NCBI GenBank assembly: GCA_043815885.1
Contig: JBDRIL010000031.1
Coordinates: forward strand, 1 to 40,009
DNA: 40,009 nt
Direction: 5' to 3'
Source of the DNA: an archaeon
Lineage (GTDB): Archaea > Iainarchaeota > Iainarchaeia > Iainarchaeales > 1-14-0-10-31-34
The position numbers and the translations under genes were made by a program. Positions within the stretch are counted from its first letter, which is position 1. Each line of letters begins with the position of its first letter. The notes under the pieces were generated by a model. That model made no database searches and was not told the origin of the DNA. It was given only the letters and a program-made list of their open reading frames with translations. Shown piece by piece: positions 16,916 to 26,946 of the stretch.

Positions 16916-17959
16916 GCCCAATCCTTTAACGTGAATCTCTCCACTCTCTCCAATTTTTCCTTTTAAATCGAATTTTACTTCCAGGAATTTTTCCACTACT
17001 GAAATATTTGTAATAATGTGTTGGGTGATTTCAGAGCATTCAATTGTGGAATGGCCTTCAGCTATTGCCATAAAAGGAATTAATTGGTCTGCAAGGAATT
17101 TATCGATTGGTTTTCCTGAATTCAATTCTTTCAAGAAGTTTTCTGCTGCTTCTCTTCCTATTTTTTCTGCTGGCTTTCCTTTTTCTCCTAATGCACTTGC
17201 CCCGATTCTGGTTCCATCAGAGAATACCCCGATTACAGTTATTCCTGAACCATTTGTTTCTCCTGTGTCCTTGAATTCAATTAATTCCTCAAAGTCTACT
17301 TGGATTTTTTCCAGGAGAATTTTTCTTGCAGAGGATAGCTGGTTCAGGATAACTTCTTTTGGAAGGTTAACTGAATGACTGATTAATTTAATGAATTGCA
17401 GTGGAGACTGTTCCACTAAGTAGAGTGGTTTTAATGGAAGCTTGGATTTATTGGAGGAAAATGTAACAAAACCATTTCCTTTTGGATAGTAGCCTCTTTT
17501 CTTTAAATCCAAAGAGAATTTAACTCCCATTTTTGAAATAGCTGGATGCAATACTCTATTCAGGTAATCATAAGGAGGAGACCATTTAACGTCTGTTCCT
17601 CCAAAGAGTTTTAGGTTAACTGGATTGGCGGAAAAGAGTGATGGAATCATTACTGTTTGAAGCAGTAAACTAATGCTTCCTGCAGTACCGATATTAACTG
17701 AATAATTTCCTCCGCACATCTTTTTTGGATAAAAAATGATTTTCTTGCTTTCCAGTTTAGCATTCTTTAAATTGGCATTACATAGTTTTGCCAGAGTCTG
17801 GATTCCTGTAAGGTGTTGTGGCTGCAATCCGGGATTTGGTCTATTGGCTCTGATATTGAATACAGTTACTGGTGTTTGGGTTACTGCTGAGAGAGCAATT
17901 GAAGTCCTTAAAACCTGGCCTCCTGCTCTGCCGTCTACTTCAATCATGTTTGAGGGCAT
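16907..17959 (-). CDS. rtcA: RNA 3'-terminal phosphate cyclase
   Basis: GGQVLRTS, IRANRPNPGL.PQH, GTAGS, GGTDV, RGYYPKG.G, LADQLIPF, TQH..TN. Confidence 0.95.
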   Translation of the reverse strand: MPSNMIEVDGRAGGQVLRTSIALSAVTQTPVTVFNIRANRPNPGLQPQHLTGIQTLAKLCNANLKNAKLESKKIIFYPKKMCGGNYSVNIGTAGSISLLLQTVMIPSLFSANPVNLKLFGGTDVKWSPPYDYLNRVLHPAISKMGVKFSLDLKKRGYYPKGNGFVTFSSNKSKLPLKPLYLVEQSPLQFIKLISHSVNLPKEVILNQLSSARKILLEKIQVDFEELIEFKDTGETNGSGITVIGVFSDGTRIGASALGEKGKPAEKIGREAAENFLKELNSGKPIDKFLADQLIPFMAIAEGHSTIECSEITQHIITNISVVEKFLEVKFDLKGKIGESGEIHVKGLGLT

Positions 17960-18032
17960 AGAATAAATAAGTAATGGAAGAATTAATAATAAGTTTTTGG
18001 TTTATTTATTCCTTACAATAGAGGCTTTTTGA

Positions 18033-18926
18033 ATGAAAATAATGGTAACTGGAAGCAGGGGTTTTATCGGAAAGGAACTAGTAAAGGAATTAACTAAGAA
18101 GAACTACTTTGTGAAGGAGTTTGATTTAGAGTTAGGACAGGATTTATTGAATGAAGAGGAAGTAAGAAAAGCAGTGAATGGAATTGATGTAGTGATTCAT
18201 TTGGCTGCATTAGTGGATGAAACTGCAGGAAAGGAGAACCTTTTTAGAGTGAATGTAAAAGGAACAGAGAATTTACTGGAGGAATCAGCCAAGGCAGGGG
18301 TAAGGAGATTTATTTTTTTGAGTACTGTTGGGGTAATGGGGGACATAAAGGAAAAGGTAAATGAAGAAGCTGCTTTCAATCCTAAAACTGATTATGAGAA
18401 AAGCAAGGCTGAAGCAGAGAGAAAGGTGAATGAATTTCAGGAAATGATTCCAGTAACTATTCTGAGGAGTGCATTGGTTATTGGCCCAAACAAGTACTGG
18501 AAGGAAATAATTAATTTAGTGGAAAAAGGCTTTCCTTTAATTGGAAATGGAAAGAATAAATTCCAGTTAGTTTATTACAAGGATTTGGTTGGAGCAATAC
18601 TGTTTTTATTAAAGAGAAGCCAGACAGAGAATGAAACCTTTATTGTTGCAGAGGAAGAGGGAAAGAGTTTGGGAGAGGTATATGAATTAATTCAAAAGGA
18701 ACTGGGAATAAAAAAAGAGATTAAGAGTGTTTCTCCTTTAAAGGCAAAGATAATGAGTAAATTAGTGAAAGGGAAAACTCCTTTGCTTAACTCTGCTTAT
18801 ATTGACAGGCTTGTAAGAATCAGGGATTACAATACAAACAAATTTAATTCTCTTGGATGGAATGCATTTGTTCCAACTACTGCAGCAATAAGGGAAACAA
18901 TCAGGGAATTAGGATTAAAGAAATAA
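18033..18926 (+). CDS. NAD-dependent epimerase/dehydratase (extended SDR)
   Basis: TGSRGFIG, HLAA, NVKGT, YEKSK. Confidence 0.9.
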   Translation: MKIMVTGSRGFIGKELVKELTKKNYFVKEFDLELGQDLLNEEEVRKAVNGIDVVIHLAALVDETAGKENLFRVNVKGTENLLEESAKAGVRRFIFLSTVGVMGDIKEKVNEEAAFNPKTDYEKSKAEAERKVNEFQEMIPVTILRSALVIGPNKYWKEIINLVEKGFPLIGNGKNKFQLVYYKDLVGAILFLLKRSQTENETFIVAEEEGKSLGEVYELIQKELGIKKEIKSVSPLKAKIMSKLVKGKTPLLNSAYIDRLVRIRDYNTNKFNSLGWNAFVPTTAAIRETIRELGLKK

Positions 18927-18927
18927 G

Positions 18928-19719
18928 TTATTGCTTTTCTTTTCCTGCTTTCTTTACTGCTGAAACTACTTTGGTGAATATCTGTTTTGCTTTTGCTGTG
19001 TCACCTTTGGTTCTTTCTAATGCCGCGCCAATGTGAATGATGTCTGCTCCTGCCTTTATTGTTTTATAGGCATATTCTTCGTTTCTCACGCCGCCGGCAG
19101 CAATTAATGGAATGGAAATTGTTTCCCTTACAGCTTTCAGCATTTCTTTTGGTGCAGGGCTTTCTGCTCCGCCGCCGGATTCAAGTATTACTGCATGTGC
19201 CCCCATGTATTCTCCTGCCAAAGCAGTAATTGCTGCAAGGTAAGGCATGTTTCTTGGAACTGGTTTTGCCCTTCCAACATATCCTACTGCTCTTCCTGGT
19301 TCAATTATTATATAGGAGGTAGGGATTACCTCTAAACCCAGTTTTTTTACTGGAAGAGCGGCAGCTGTCTGGGCGCCAGAAATATAGTATGGATCCATTG
19401 AATTAAGCATTGACATAAAATAAGCTGCATCAGCATACTTTGACAGAGTAACAATATTTCCTGGGAAAAGTATTACTGGAATAGTGCATTCCTTTTTTAT
19501 TGTAAGAATTGTTTTATCAAGGATTTCTCCTTGGGCTCCAACACTCCCTCCAACTGCAACTGCATCAATTCCAACTTCTTCGCCTATCTTGGTTATCTTT
19601 GCTGCTGTTTCTGGAGTCTGGTTTGGAGGATCGATAACTAGAAAGACTAAACCTTTCTTTTCTTCAATCAGCTTCAAAATCTTGCTGTAAGTCTTACCAA
19701 AATGCCCTTCGTCAAACAT
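18928..19719 (-). CDS. Geranylgeranylglyceryl phosphate synthase (GGGPS/PcrB family)
   Basis: IDP, VGGS, VILFPG, FMSMLNS, ILESGGGA, AGGVR. Confidence 0.9.
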   Translation of the reverse strand: MFDEGHFGKTYSKILKLIEEKKGLVFLVIDPPNQTPETAAKITKIGEEVGIDAVAVGGSVGAQGEILDKTILTIKKECTIPVILFPGNIVTLSKYADAAYFMSMLNSMDPYYISGAQTAAALPVKKLGLEVIPTSYIIIEPGRAVGYVGRAKPVPRNMPYLAAITALAGEYMGAHAVILESGGGAESPAPKEMLKAVRETISIPLIAAGGVRNEEYAYKTIKAGADIIHIGAALERTKGDTAKAKQIFTKVVSAVKKAGKEKQ

Positions 19720-19773
19720 CGAAAATCATTACTTATTGGGTGGGGAAAAAAATAAAAAGCAAAAGCAAAGCAT

Positions 19774-20427
19774 TTACTTTAAAAACAATAAGGCTGATTC
19801 AAAGTTATCCTTTACTGCTTTTTCTCCTTTTACTGTTTCTCCGTGCCCCGGGAGAAGGAAGGAGGTATTTAATTCACTTAATTTTTTTATTGAATTGAAT
19901 AATTCTTCTGGATTTCCTGAGGGAAGGTCGCTTCTTCCAATGGATTCTCTGAAGATTGTGTCTCCAGAAAAAAGGAGTTTTTTGCTTTCTTCATAGAAGC
20001 AGATGCTTCCTTCAGTGTGGCCTGGAGTAAAGATAACCTTTAGATTGAATTCATTTAATTTAATTGATTCGTTCTCTTTCAGGAAGGAAGTTATTGTTGG
20101 ATAGTTGCTTTCTCCTGTGAGGTTTGAGGCAGTGAATAAAGCATTTTTTTGATTTACTTTTTCTCCGTCTGCTTTGCTCATTCTGATTCCTGCTTTCTTG
20201 AATAAATGGTCTGCCTGGAAGTGGTCTGAATGGCCGTGGGTGTGGAGGATTAAGTGAATTTCTTCTGGAGATAAATTCAATTCATTTAGGGATTGTTGGA
20301 GGGAAGGAATTGCTTGGCTTAAGCCAGTGTCTATGAGTGCATTTGTTTTTCCCTTAATTAGAAAGGAATTGCAGGAATATTCCTCCCCCCAGAGAATGAA
20401 TAGATTTGGTTGGAGTTCTTTAAACAT
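19774..20427 (-). CDS. Metallo-beta-lactamase-fold hydrolase (glyoxalase II-like)
   Basis: LIDTG, THGHSDH, TPGHTEGS, FSGD, PGHG. Confidence 0.92.
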   Translation of the reverse strand: MFKELQPNLFILWGEEYSCNSFLIKGKTNALIDTGLSQAIPSLQQSLNELNLSPEEIHLILHTHGHSDHFQADHLFKKAGIRMSKADGEKVNQKNALFTASNLTGESNYPTITSFLKENESIKLNEFNLKVIFTPGHTEGSICFYEESKKLLFSGDTIFRESIGRSDLPSGNPEELFNSIKKLSELNTSFLLPGHGETVKGEKAVKDNFESALLFLK

Positions 20428-20479
20428 AATTCATTTTTCATTCAATTCCCTTAAATAGATTTCCTTGTTTTTTTCTTTT

Positions 20480-21826
20480 ATGGCTGAACTTCTTGAGAGC
20501 AAGGAAAAAATCATTAAAGTGGTTTGCGAGAAGAGCGGAAAGAGCAAGAAAGAAGTGGAAGAACTGATTGAGAAAAAGAAGGAAAAGTTTTCTGGTTTAC
20601 TGACTGATTCTGGGGCCGCGTTTATTGTTGCAAAGGAATTAGGGGTTAAATTGAATGTAGCTGAGGGAATGAGTGAAAGATTGAAGATTTCCCAGCTGGA
20701 TGAGGGAATGAATAACATTGAACTGCTTGTAAGGGTTTATAGAGTCTATTCTCCAAGGAAGTTTGAGAAAGAGGGAAAGAAAGGAATGCTTTGCAATCTG
20801 CTTGTGGGGGATGATTCAGGTGCATTAAGGCTTACTGTGTGGCACAATGAGGTAAAAAAGCTGGAGGAAGAAGGCATCAAAAGGAATTCAATTCTTTTAC
20901 TGAAGAATTGTTATGTCAGTGCATTCAATAAAGTGCTTCAATTGAATCTGGGTTACAATGGGGAAATAATTCTGAGAAAGGAGAAGGAAGTAGGGAAGGA
21001 AGTTCCTGCTGAAAAAGATTACAGCAAGAAACTGGATGAATTAAAGGCTGGAATGGATGAAGTGGATGTTACTGCCCGTGTCTTAAGAATCTTTCCTGAA
21101 AGGGCTTTTTCTACTGGGGAGAGGGAAGGAAAACTGATTAATTTTTCTTTGGGGGACGGTACAGCAATAGTCAGGGCAACTGCTTGGAATGAATTAACTG
21201 AGGAAGTGGGAAAGCTTTCTCCGGGAGAAATTGTTAGGGCAGAGGGAGCTTACACTAAAGAGGGATTAAAGGGAAACATTGAACTGCATTTGGGGTGGAA
21301 GGCAAGAGTATTCAAAAACCCTTCAGCCAAAATTCCTGCCTTAAATGAATTATTGAAGAAAGAGGTAAAGCATTCTTCAATAGAGAAATTAAATGAAGGA
21401 GACAGGGATGTTGAGGTAAAAGCTACAGTTATTGCATTGAATAAATCCAGTCTGCTTTTTAATGTCTGTCCTCAGTGCGGGGGAAAGATCCAGAGAGAAG
21501 GAGAAGGATTTCTGTGCGGCAAGTGCGGGGAGGTAAAGGAACCAGAAAAGAGAATGGTTTTGAGTTTTGAACTGGATGACGGAAGCGGAATCATTAAAGG
21601 AATTGCTTTTGGTTTAATGGCTGAAAAAATTCTTGGAGTTAATGCAATGGAAGCAGGAAAAATGCTTGAAGAAAAGAGCGCAGAAGAAGTATTAGATGGA
21701 TTAAAGGAAGGAATACAAGGAAAAGTAATTACAGGGGACGGGAATGTGAGAATGAATCCAATGAGTAATGAAAAGGAATTAATCCTGAACAATATTTCCG
21801 AGATTACTTTTATAGAGGAAAAATAG
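20480..21826 (+). CDS. rpa: Replication protein A (multi-OB-fold ssDNA-binding protein with zinc finger)
   Basis: Repeated OB motifs (GDDSG.LRLTVW, GDGTA.VRATAW, DDGSG.I); CPQC...CGKC finger; ATG at 20480. Confidence 0.9.
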   Translation: MAELLESKEKIIKVVCEKSGKSKKEVEELIEKKKEKFSGLLTDSGAAFIVAKELGVKLNVAEGMSERLKISQLDEGMNNIELLVRVYRVYSPRKFEKEGKKGMLCNLLVGDDSGALRLTVWHNEVKKLEEEGIKRNSILLLKNCYVSAFNKVLQLNLGYNGEIILRKEKEVGKEVPAEKDYSKKLDELKAGMDEVDVTARVLRIFPERAFSTGEREGKLINFSLGDGTAIVRATAWNELTEEVGKLSPGEIVRAEGAYTKEGLKGNIELHLGWKARVFKNPSAKIPALNELLKKEVKHSSIEKLNEGDRDVEVKATVIALNKSSLLFNVCPQCGGKIQREGEGFLCGKCGEVKEPEKRMVLSFELDDGSGIIKGIAFGLMAEKILGVNAMEAGKMLEEKSAEEVLDGLKEGIQGKVITGDGNVRMNPMSNEKELILNNISEITFIEEK

Positions 21827-21879
21827 GTTTTTATTTCTTTATTCTCTTTTTAATATACTAAATTTTGGGGGGTGGGAAG

Positions 21880-22164
21880 ATGGTTGAGTTTCCTGTGAAG
21901 ATTGATGCTAAGTATGAGGCGCCTGGTTCAAGGGCAGAGTTATTCATCAGGATAGTTTATTGCTTTGTACTGGGGATTATTGCTTCAATATGGGGTTTCT
22001 TTGCTGGAATTGCAGTAATAGTGCAGTGGTGGTATATTTTGTTCGTTGGAAAGAAACACCAATCATTATGGGACTTCACTGCAAGCTATTACAGATTTTA
22101 TGCAAGGTTTATGTCTTACTGTTTGCTTCTGACTGATGCAAGGCCTCCATTCAGCGGGGGTTAG
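21880..22164 (+). CDS. DUF4389-like membrane protein
   Basis: Two hydrophobic helices; W..ILF.GK...LWDF....R...R...Y..LLTD.RPPFS signature. Confidence 0.8.
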   Translation: MVEFPVKIDAKYEAPGSRAELFIRIVYCFVLGIIASIWGFFAGIAVIVQWWYILFVGKKHQSLWDFTASYYRFYARFMSYCLLLTDARPPFSGG

Positions 22165-22168
22165 GCCC

Positions 22169-23182
22169 TTACATTATTTTTTTTACGTCAAGGGAAATGC
22201 AGTTACAGGGATTTTTAAGCAGGGAGGGAAGGTTTGGTTTGGTTCTGTTTTCATCTCCTGAAAGGAATTCCTTTACATAGGTTCCTGATTCGGCTTTAAG
22301 CTCGATTTTAAAGGATTTTTCTTTAATAGAGGAAATTTCCAGGATTTCAATTTTTTTCTTTCTTTCTTTTTCTTTTTTTCTTTCAAGAATCCTTAAGGGA
22401 GTTAATTGTTTTATCGCGAGAATTTTGCTTTTTAACTTCAGTAAACTTTTTTTGTTGATTTTTTTATTGGTTTTTACGGTAGCAGAATAGATTTTTTCTG
22501 TTTTCAGGGATTTAATTTCCTTTATTTTTTCTTTTCCGGTAAAGGAGAGTTTTTTTATCTTTAATTTTTTATTGTTTTTTTTGTTAATCGTTTCTTCCAA
22601 TTTTTTTAAATTAAATACTCTTTTCTTTGGCTGAATTAATTCTATTACAAACTGTCTGCCTTTCCCAAGCATTCTTACATCAACGTCTTCTCTTCCTGCT
22701 CCATGGAATTTATTGTCTTCTGCCTTAAATGCCTTCACGCATTTCTCTGCAACCAACTCCTGAATTGATTCCTTGGAAATCTTTCCAGTGTTCTTGCATT
22801 TCTTGCAGCCAATTCCCCTGCATTCATAGCAGTAGTGAATTGTTTGAGGCAACTTCCTACTGTACTTATTGTAGTATCCGTGTAAGTAGATTGGCTTGGA
22901 TTTGAAGAAAATCTTTCCTGCATTAAAATCAATCAATAACTCTAATTCGGGTTCATTCAATTCAAATTTTTTCTTTAATTCTTTTTTTAGGGAATCAATT
23001 AGTGGAAAACGGAAGGAATTCCTTAATTCTTCCTTTCCTTTTTCAGTTAATCCTTTTTGAAAGGAAATCCCTAAAGAAAAGGAATGGAATTCGATTGCCT
23101 TTGTTTTTTCCGTTATTAATTTGGTTAATTTCTTTATAAGGGGTTTGTTGAATTCCTTGAACGAAAAAACTGCTTGAATCAT
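22169..23182 (-). CDS. pus10: tRNA pseudouridine(54/55) synthase Pus10
   Basis: GYYNKYSRKLPQT, FHGAGREDVDVRMLG.GR.F, Q.TP.R, GTYVKEF.SGD..RT.P, LDV. Confidence 0.94.
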   Translation of the reverse strand: MIQAVFSFKEFNKPLIKKLTKLITEKTKAIEFHSFSLGISFQKGLTEKGKEELRNSFRFPLIDSLKKELKKKFELNEPELELLIDFNAGKIFFKSKPIYLHGYYNKYSRKLPQTIHYCYECRGIGCKKCKNTGKISKESIQELVAEKCVKAFKAEDNKFHGAGREDVDVRMLGKGRQFVIELIQPKKRVFNLKKLEETINKKNNKKLKIKKLSFTGKEKIKEIKSLKTEKIYSATVKTNKKINKKSLLKLKSKILAIKQLTPLRILERKKEKERKKKIEILEISSIKEKSFKIELKAESGTYVKEFLSGDENRTKPNLPSLLKNPCNCISLDVKKIM

Positions 23183-23238
23183 CTATTAAATAAGAGAAAA
23201 AAGGATTATAAGTGTTTTTCCATCCAATTATTCTTTGA

Positions 23239-24303
23239 ATGAAGAAAGAAGTAAAGCTAATGCTTCAGGCAGTAGAGGAAGCAAAGAAAGGAAAAGGCAG
23301 AACTTCCCCTAACCCCTTGGTTGGGTGTGTTATTGAAAGGAATGGAAGAATCATTGGAAAAGGTTTTCATGAAAGGTTTGGAGCAGAGCACGCAGAAGTT
23401 AATGCTTTAAGGAAAGCAGGAAAGAAGGTTAAAGGAGGAACAATGTATGTTTCGCTTGAACCGTGCTGTTTTTTTGGAAAAACCCCTCCTTGTACTAAAG
23501 CAATAATTGAATCAGGAGTAAAAAAAGTAGTGATTGGTTCTCTTGATCCTAATCCATTGGTGAAAGGAAAGGGAGTAAAAGAATTAAAGAGAAAAGGAAT
23601 TAAAACAAAGAATTTGAATTTGTCTGAAGCAAGGAAATTGAATGAATTCTATTTCAAGTTTATTACTAAAAAGATTCCTTTTGTTTTATTGAAGAGCGCA
23701 ATGAGTGTGGATGAATTTATTGCTGATTTTAAGGGAAAAAGTAAATGGATTTCTGGAAAGGAAAGCAGGAAACTGGTTCATGAATTGAGGAATGAGGTTG
23801 ATGCTGTAATGGTTGGAATTGGGACAGTGAAGAAAGACAATCCAAGACTTACATGCAGGATTAAGGGAGGAAGGAATCCTGAGAGAGTAATAATTGATCC
23901 AAAGCTGGAGTTTCCGTTGAATGCAGGAATGTTAAAGGAAAAAGGAAAAACAATTATTGTTACTGCGAAGAAAGCAGGGAAAAAGATTAAATTAATTGAA
24001 AGGAAAAAGAATGTTTCATTGCTTTTTCTGGGGGAAAAGAAGGGAGTGATTGATTTAAGGGAATTAATGAGGGAATTAGGGAGAAGGGAGATTGCTTCAG
24101 TAATGATTGAGGGGGGAAGTGAATTGAATTCCCATGCATTGAATGCAGGAATAGTGGACAGATTCCTTTTCTTTATTGCTCCAATTGAAATAGGGAAGGG
24201 AATTCCTGTTTTTTCTAAAAAAATAATTAAAAGGAATTCAATCAAATTCAGGATTAATTCAGTTAAGAAAATTGGGGAAGATTTATTGGTTGAAGCCAAT
24301 TGA
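23239..24303 (+). CDS. ribD: Bifunctional riboflavin-pathway deaminase/reductase, bacterial type
   Basis: PNPLVG, HAE, EPC...KTPPC; reductase domain SKWIS, VG.GTV..DNP.L..R, EGG. Confidence 0.94.
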   Translation: MKKEVKLMLQAVEEAKKGKGRTSPNPLVGCVIERNGRIIGKGFHERFGAEHAEVNALRKAGKKVKGGTMYVSLEPCCFFGKTPPCTKAIIESGVKKVVIGSLDPNPLVKGKGVKELKRKGIKTKNLNLSEARKLNEFYFKFITKKIPFVLLKSAMSVDEFIADFKGKSKWISGKESRKLVHELRNEVDAVMVGIGTVKKDNPRLTCRIKGGRNPERVIIDPKLEFPLNAGMLKEKGKTIIVTAKKAGKKIKLIERKKNVSLLFLGEKKGVIDLRELMRELGRREIASVMIEGGSELNSHALNAGIVDRFLFFIAPIEIGKGIPVFSKKIIKRNSIKFRINSVKKIGEDLLVEAN

Positions 24304-24373
24304 TTCTATTAATTCAGGGGAAATCTACTCTCCCGAAAAATATTAAAAACCGTTCAAGCATTCTTTTAGTGAA

Positions 24374-24432
24374 TAGTGCACTTCAATGGGTGAGTTCAGC
24401 TCAGAACAATAACTCGAAAAGGAGTAGCACTA
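24374..24432 (+). promoter_or_regulatory. Structured 5' leader of radA
   Basis: TAGTGC/GCACTA, ACTTC/GGAGT and GAGTT/AACTC stems ending just before the AGGAGG RBS. Confidence 0.45.
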
Positions 24433-24447
24433 AAGGAGGAATAAAGA

Positions 24448-25410
24448 ATGAGTGAAGAAAAGGTAAAGGAAAAGATTAAGACTATTTCTGATTTGCCCGG
24501 GATAGGGGATGGTTCTGCAGAAAAATTAATTGGAGCTGGCTATAAGACAGTGGAGAGTATTGCTGTTGCTTCTCCAATGGAATTAATAGAGGCAGCTGGT
24601 TTGGGAGAGATTACTGCTTCAAAGGCAATTCGTGCTGCAAGGGATTCACTTGAAATGGGTTACGAGACAGCAAGCAAGCTGGCTGAAAGAAGGAAGTTGG
24701 TTGGGAAGATTACTAGTGGAAGCAAGGAACTGGATGCACTTATTGATGGCGGCTTTGAAACCCAGAGCATTTCAGAAGTGTACGGGAAATTTGCAAGTGG
24801 GAAAACGCAACTGTGTTTTCAGTTGGCTGTAACAACTCAATTGCCAAAAGAAAAAGGCGGTCTCGGAGGAAACGTATTATGGATTGATTCAGAGAATTCC
24901 TTCAGGCCAGAAAGAGTTATCTCTGTTGCAAAACGCTATAAGCTTGATCCGGAAAAAGTCATGAAAAACGTTTTTGTTGCAAGGGCATTTAATTCTGATC
25001 ATCAAATGATTTTGGCTGAAAAGGCCGGGGATTTGATTAAAGAGAAAAACATTAAGTTGATTATTGTTGACTCACTTACAGCTCAGTTCAGAGCAGAATT
25101 CATTGGAAGAGGCCAGCTTGCGGGAAGACAGCAAAAACTAAACAAGCACATGCACACCTTAATGCGCTTGGGTGAAATGAATAATATTGCTGTCTTTGTA
25201 ACCAATCAGGTAATGAGCCGCCCGGACATACTGTTTGGCGATCCTACAGCCCCTATTGGAGGGGAGATAGTCGCACATAACTCTAAAACCAGACTGTATT
25301 TAAGGAAAGCAAAAGGAGAAAAAAGAGTTGCAAAATTAGTGGATTCCCCTTCACTTCCTGACGGAGAATGCGTTTTCACTGTAACACAGAATGGAATAGA
25401 GGACGCATAA
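24448..25410 (+). CDS. radA: DNA repair and recombination protein RadA
   Basis: N-terminal HhH (DLPGIG), GKFASGKTQ, IIVDS, RQQKLNKH, TNQV; no intein. Confidence 0.97.
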   Translation: MSEEKVKEKIKTISDLPGIGDGSAEKLIGAGYKTVESIAVASPMELIEAAGLGEITASKAIRAARDSLEMGYETASKLAERRKLVGKITSGSKELDALIDGGFETQSISEVYGKFASGKTQLCFQLAVTTQLPKEKGGLGGNVLWIDSENSFRPERVISVAKRYKLDPEKVMKNVFVARAFNSDHQMILAEKAGDLIKEKNIKLIIVDSLTAQFRAEFIGRGQLAGRQQKLNKHMHTLMRLGEMNNIAVFVTNQVMSRPDILFGDPTAPIGGEIVAHNSKTRLYLRKAKGEKRVAKLVDSPSLPDGECVFTVTQNGIEDA

Positions 25411-25435
25411 AAGGATAATTGGAAGGAGAAATGAA

Positions 25436-26212
25436 TTATTTCTTTCCGCTTGGGAGATAGGATTTCATTTCTTTTTGCAGTTTTTTTCTTCTGAATGCGA
25501 ATAAATAAATTATCCCGAATACTGCTCCATAACCGTGAATCCAGGGATCGACCTCTACCTCCAGCCTTAATTCCTCTGCTTTCTTGAATTCCTTTATTTC
25601 TTTCTTTACTTCAGTGAATTGCCTGTTTAAGTCAACTGCTTTATTTGTGTCTCCTTTCTCTATTGCCTTGTTTATGTCTTCGGCTATTTTAGTGGATTTT
25701 TGTTCTATTTTTTCTGAGTAAGAAATGAGAGTGGTTTGGGCAGAGGGAATGAATACAAACGACAGCAAGACCACAATAAGTATTGCTGCAATGAATGTCT
25801 TTTTTGGGTCAAGAAGGAAGGCCCCAACAATCAATCCACTCACTCCTGCACTTGCGCCAATAAGTATTGTGTCTGTGTGAATTAAACCATATGAAATCGC
25901 AGTAAGGATTCCTGCAAAGAAAAATAATGCAATGCAGTCCTTCCACTTCAATTTATTTTCAACTATCAAGGCAAAGGCAATCAATGAAACAAGGTTTACT
26001 GTTAAATGAAAGATGCTTGAATGGATTAACATGTAAAATAAAAAATTCCCCAGGGAATAAAAGGAAAATGAAAGGGCGATTATTGTTTCTGATGGAATGA
26101 ACGGCTTTCCTTCAGAGAGATAAATAAAAGAGAGGTAAATAATTAATGCAAGAAATATTGTTGCCTTGAAGTTAATTAATTTTTTTAATGCAGGAAGAAT
26201 TTTTTCCTTCAT
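25436..26212 (-). CDS. Rhomboid-family intramembrane serine protease with soluble insert
   Basis: H....HL..N, GASAG, HGYG; ~60-aa charged helical insert before the last TM helix. Confidence 0.85.
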   Translation of the reverse strand: MKEKILPALKKLINFKATIFLALIIYLSFIYLSEGKPFIPSETIIALSFSFYSLGNFLFYMLIHSSIFHLTVNLVSLIAFALIVENKLKWKDCIALFFFAGILTAISYGLIHTDTILIGASAGVSGLIVGAFLLDPKKTFIAAILIVVLLSFVFIPSAQTTLISYSEKIEQKSTKIAEDINKAIEKGDTNKAVDLNRQFTEVKKEIKEFKKAEELRLEVEVDPWIHGYGAVFGIIYLFAFRRKKLQKEMKSYLPSGKK

Positions 26213-26892
26213 TTTCTCTCTCCAAAAATTGCTCTTCCAATTCTAACCATACTTGCCCCCTCTTCTACTGCAATAGTGAAATCATCAGTCATCCCCATTG
26301 AAAGAAAATTCATTTCAGTTCCAGGAATGTTTTTTGATTTCAGTTCTTCAAATAATTTTTTTGCTTTCTGGAAGAAGGGCCTTGAATTTTCTGCTTCTTC
26401 AAATAAAGGGGCAATCATCATTAATCCTTTTATTTTTAAGTTGTTTAATTCAGTTATTTTTATGATTAATTCCTCTGCCTCTTCTTTTTTTACCCCGAAT
26501 TTGGATTTCTCTTCTCCAATATTTACCTGAATCAATGTTGGGAGTTTTTTATTTAATTCACTGCAGGCATCATTCAATTTATTTCCTACTTTCAATGAAT
26601 CAATTGATTGAATGAAGTCAAATAATTCTGCGGCTTTAGCTGCTTTATTGGATTGAAGATGCCCAACAAAGTGTTTTTCTACCGGAAGAAGCGAAGTAAA
26701 TTTTTTTCCTGCTTCCTGCACAATGTTTTCCCCTATTGCTTCAACTCCTAGATTTATTGCTTCATTTATTTCTTCCACTGAACGGGTTTTGGTTACAGCA
26801 ATCAACTTTATTTCTTCTGGATTCCTTCCCGTTTTTAATGCAGAAGAATTAATTTCATTCTTTACTTTGAGAAGATTTTCCTCTAGAGACAT
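26209..26892 (-). CDS. yggS: PLP homeostasis protein (YggS/PROSC family)
   Basis: LIAVTKT, GEN.VQE, HFVGHLQSNK, QVNIG.E.SK.G, LSMGMTDDF, VRIGRAIFG. Confidence 0.95.
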   Translation of the reverse strand: MSLEENLLKVKNEINSSALKTGRNPEEIKLIAVTKTRSVEEINEAINLGVEAIGENIVQEAGKKFTSLLPVEKHFVGHLQSNKAAKAAELFDFIQSIDSLKVGNKLNDACSELNKKLPTLIQVNIGEEKSKFGVKKEEAEELIIKITELNNLKIKGLMMIAPLFEEAENSRPFFQKAKKLFEELKSKNIPGTEMNFLSMGMTDDFTIAVEEGASMVRIGRAIFGERK

Positions 26893-26946
26893 TTTTTCTT
26901 CAGAAATAGTAGGAAATGTTTCTTTAAATAGTTTTCCAAAAAACAG

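Noticed and set aside
16907..17959. rtcA as part of an RNA-repair operon linked to the tRNA introns or the toxin
   Set aside because: No rtcB or regulator is adjacent; stand-alone rtcA is ordinary in archaea.
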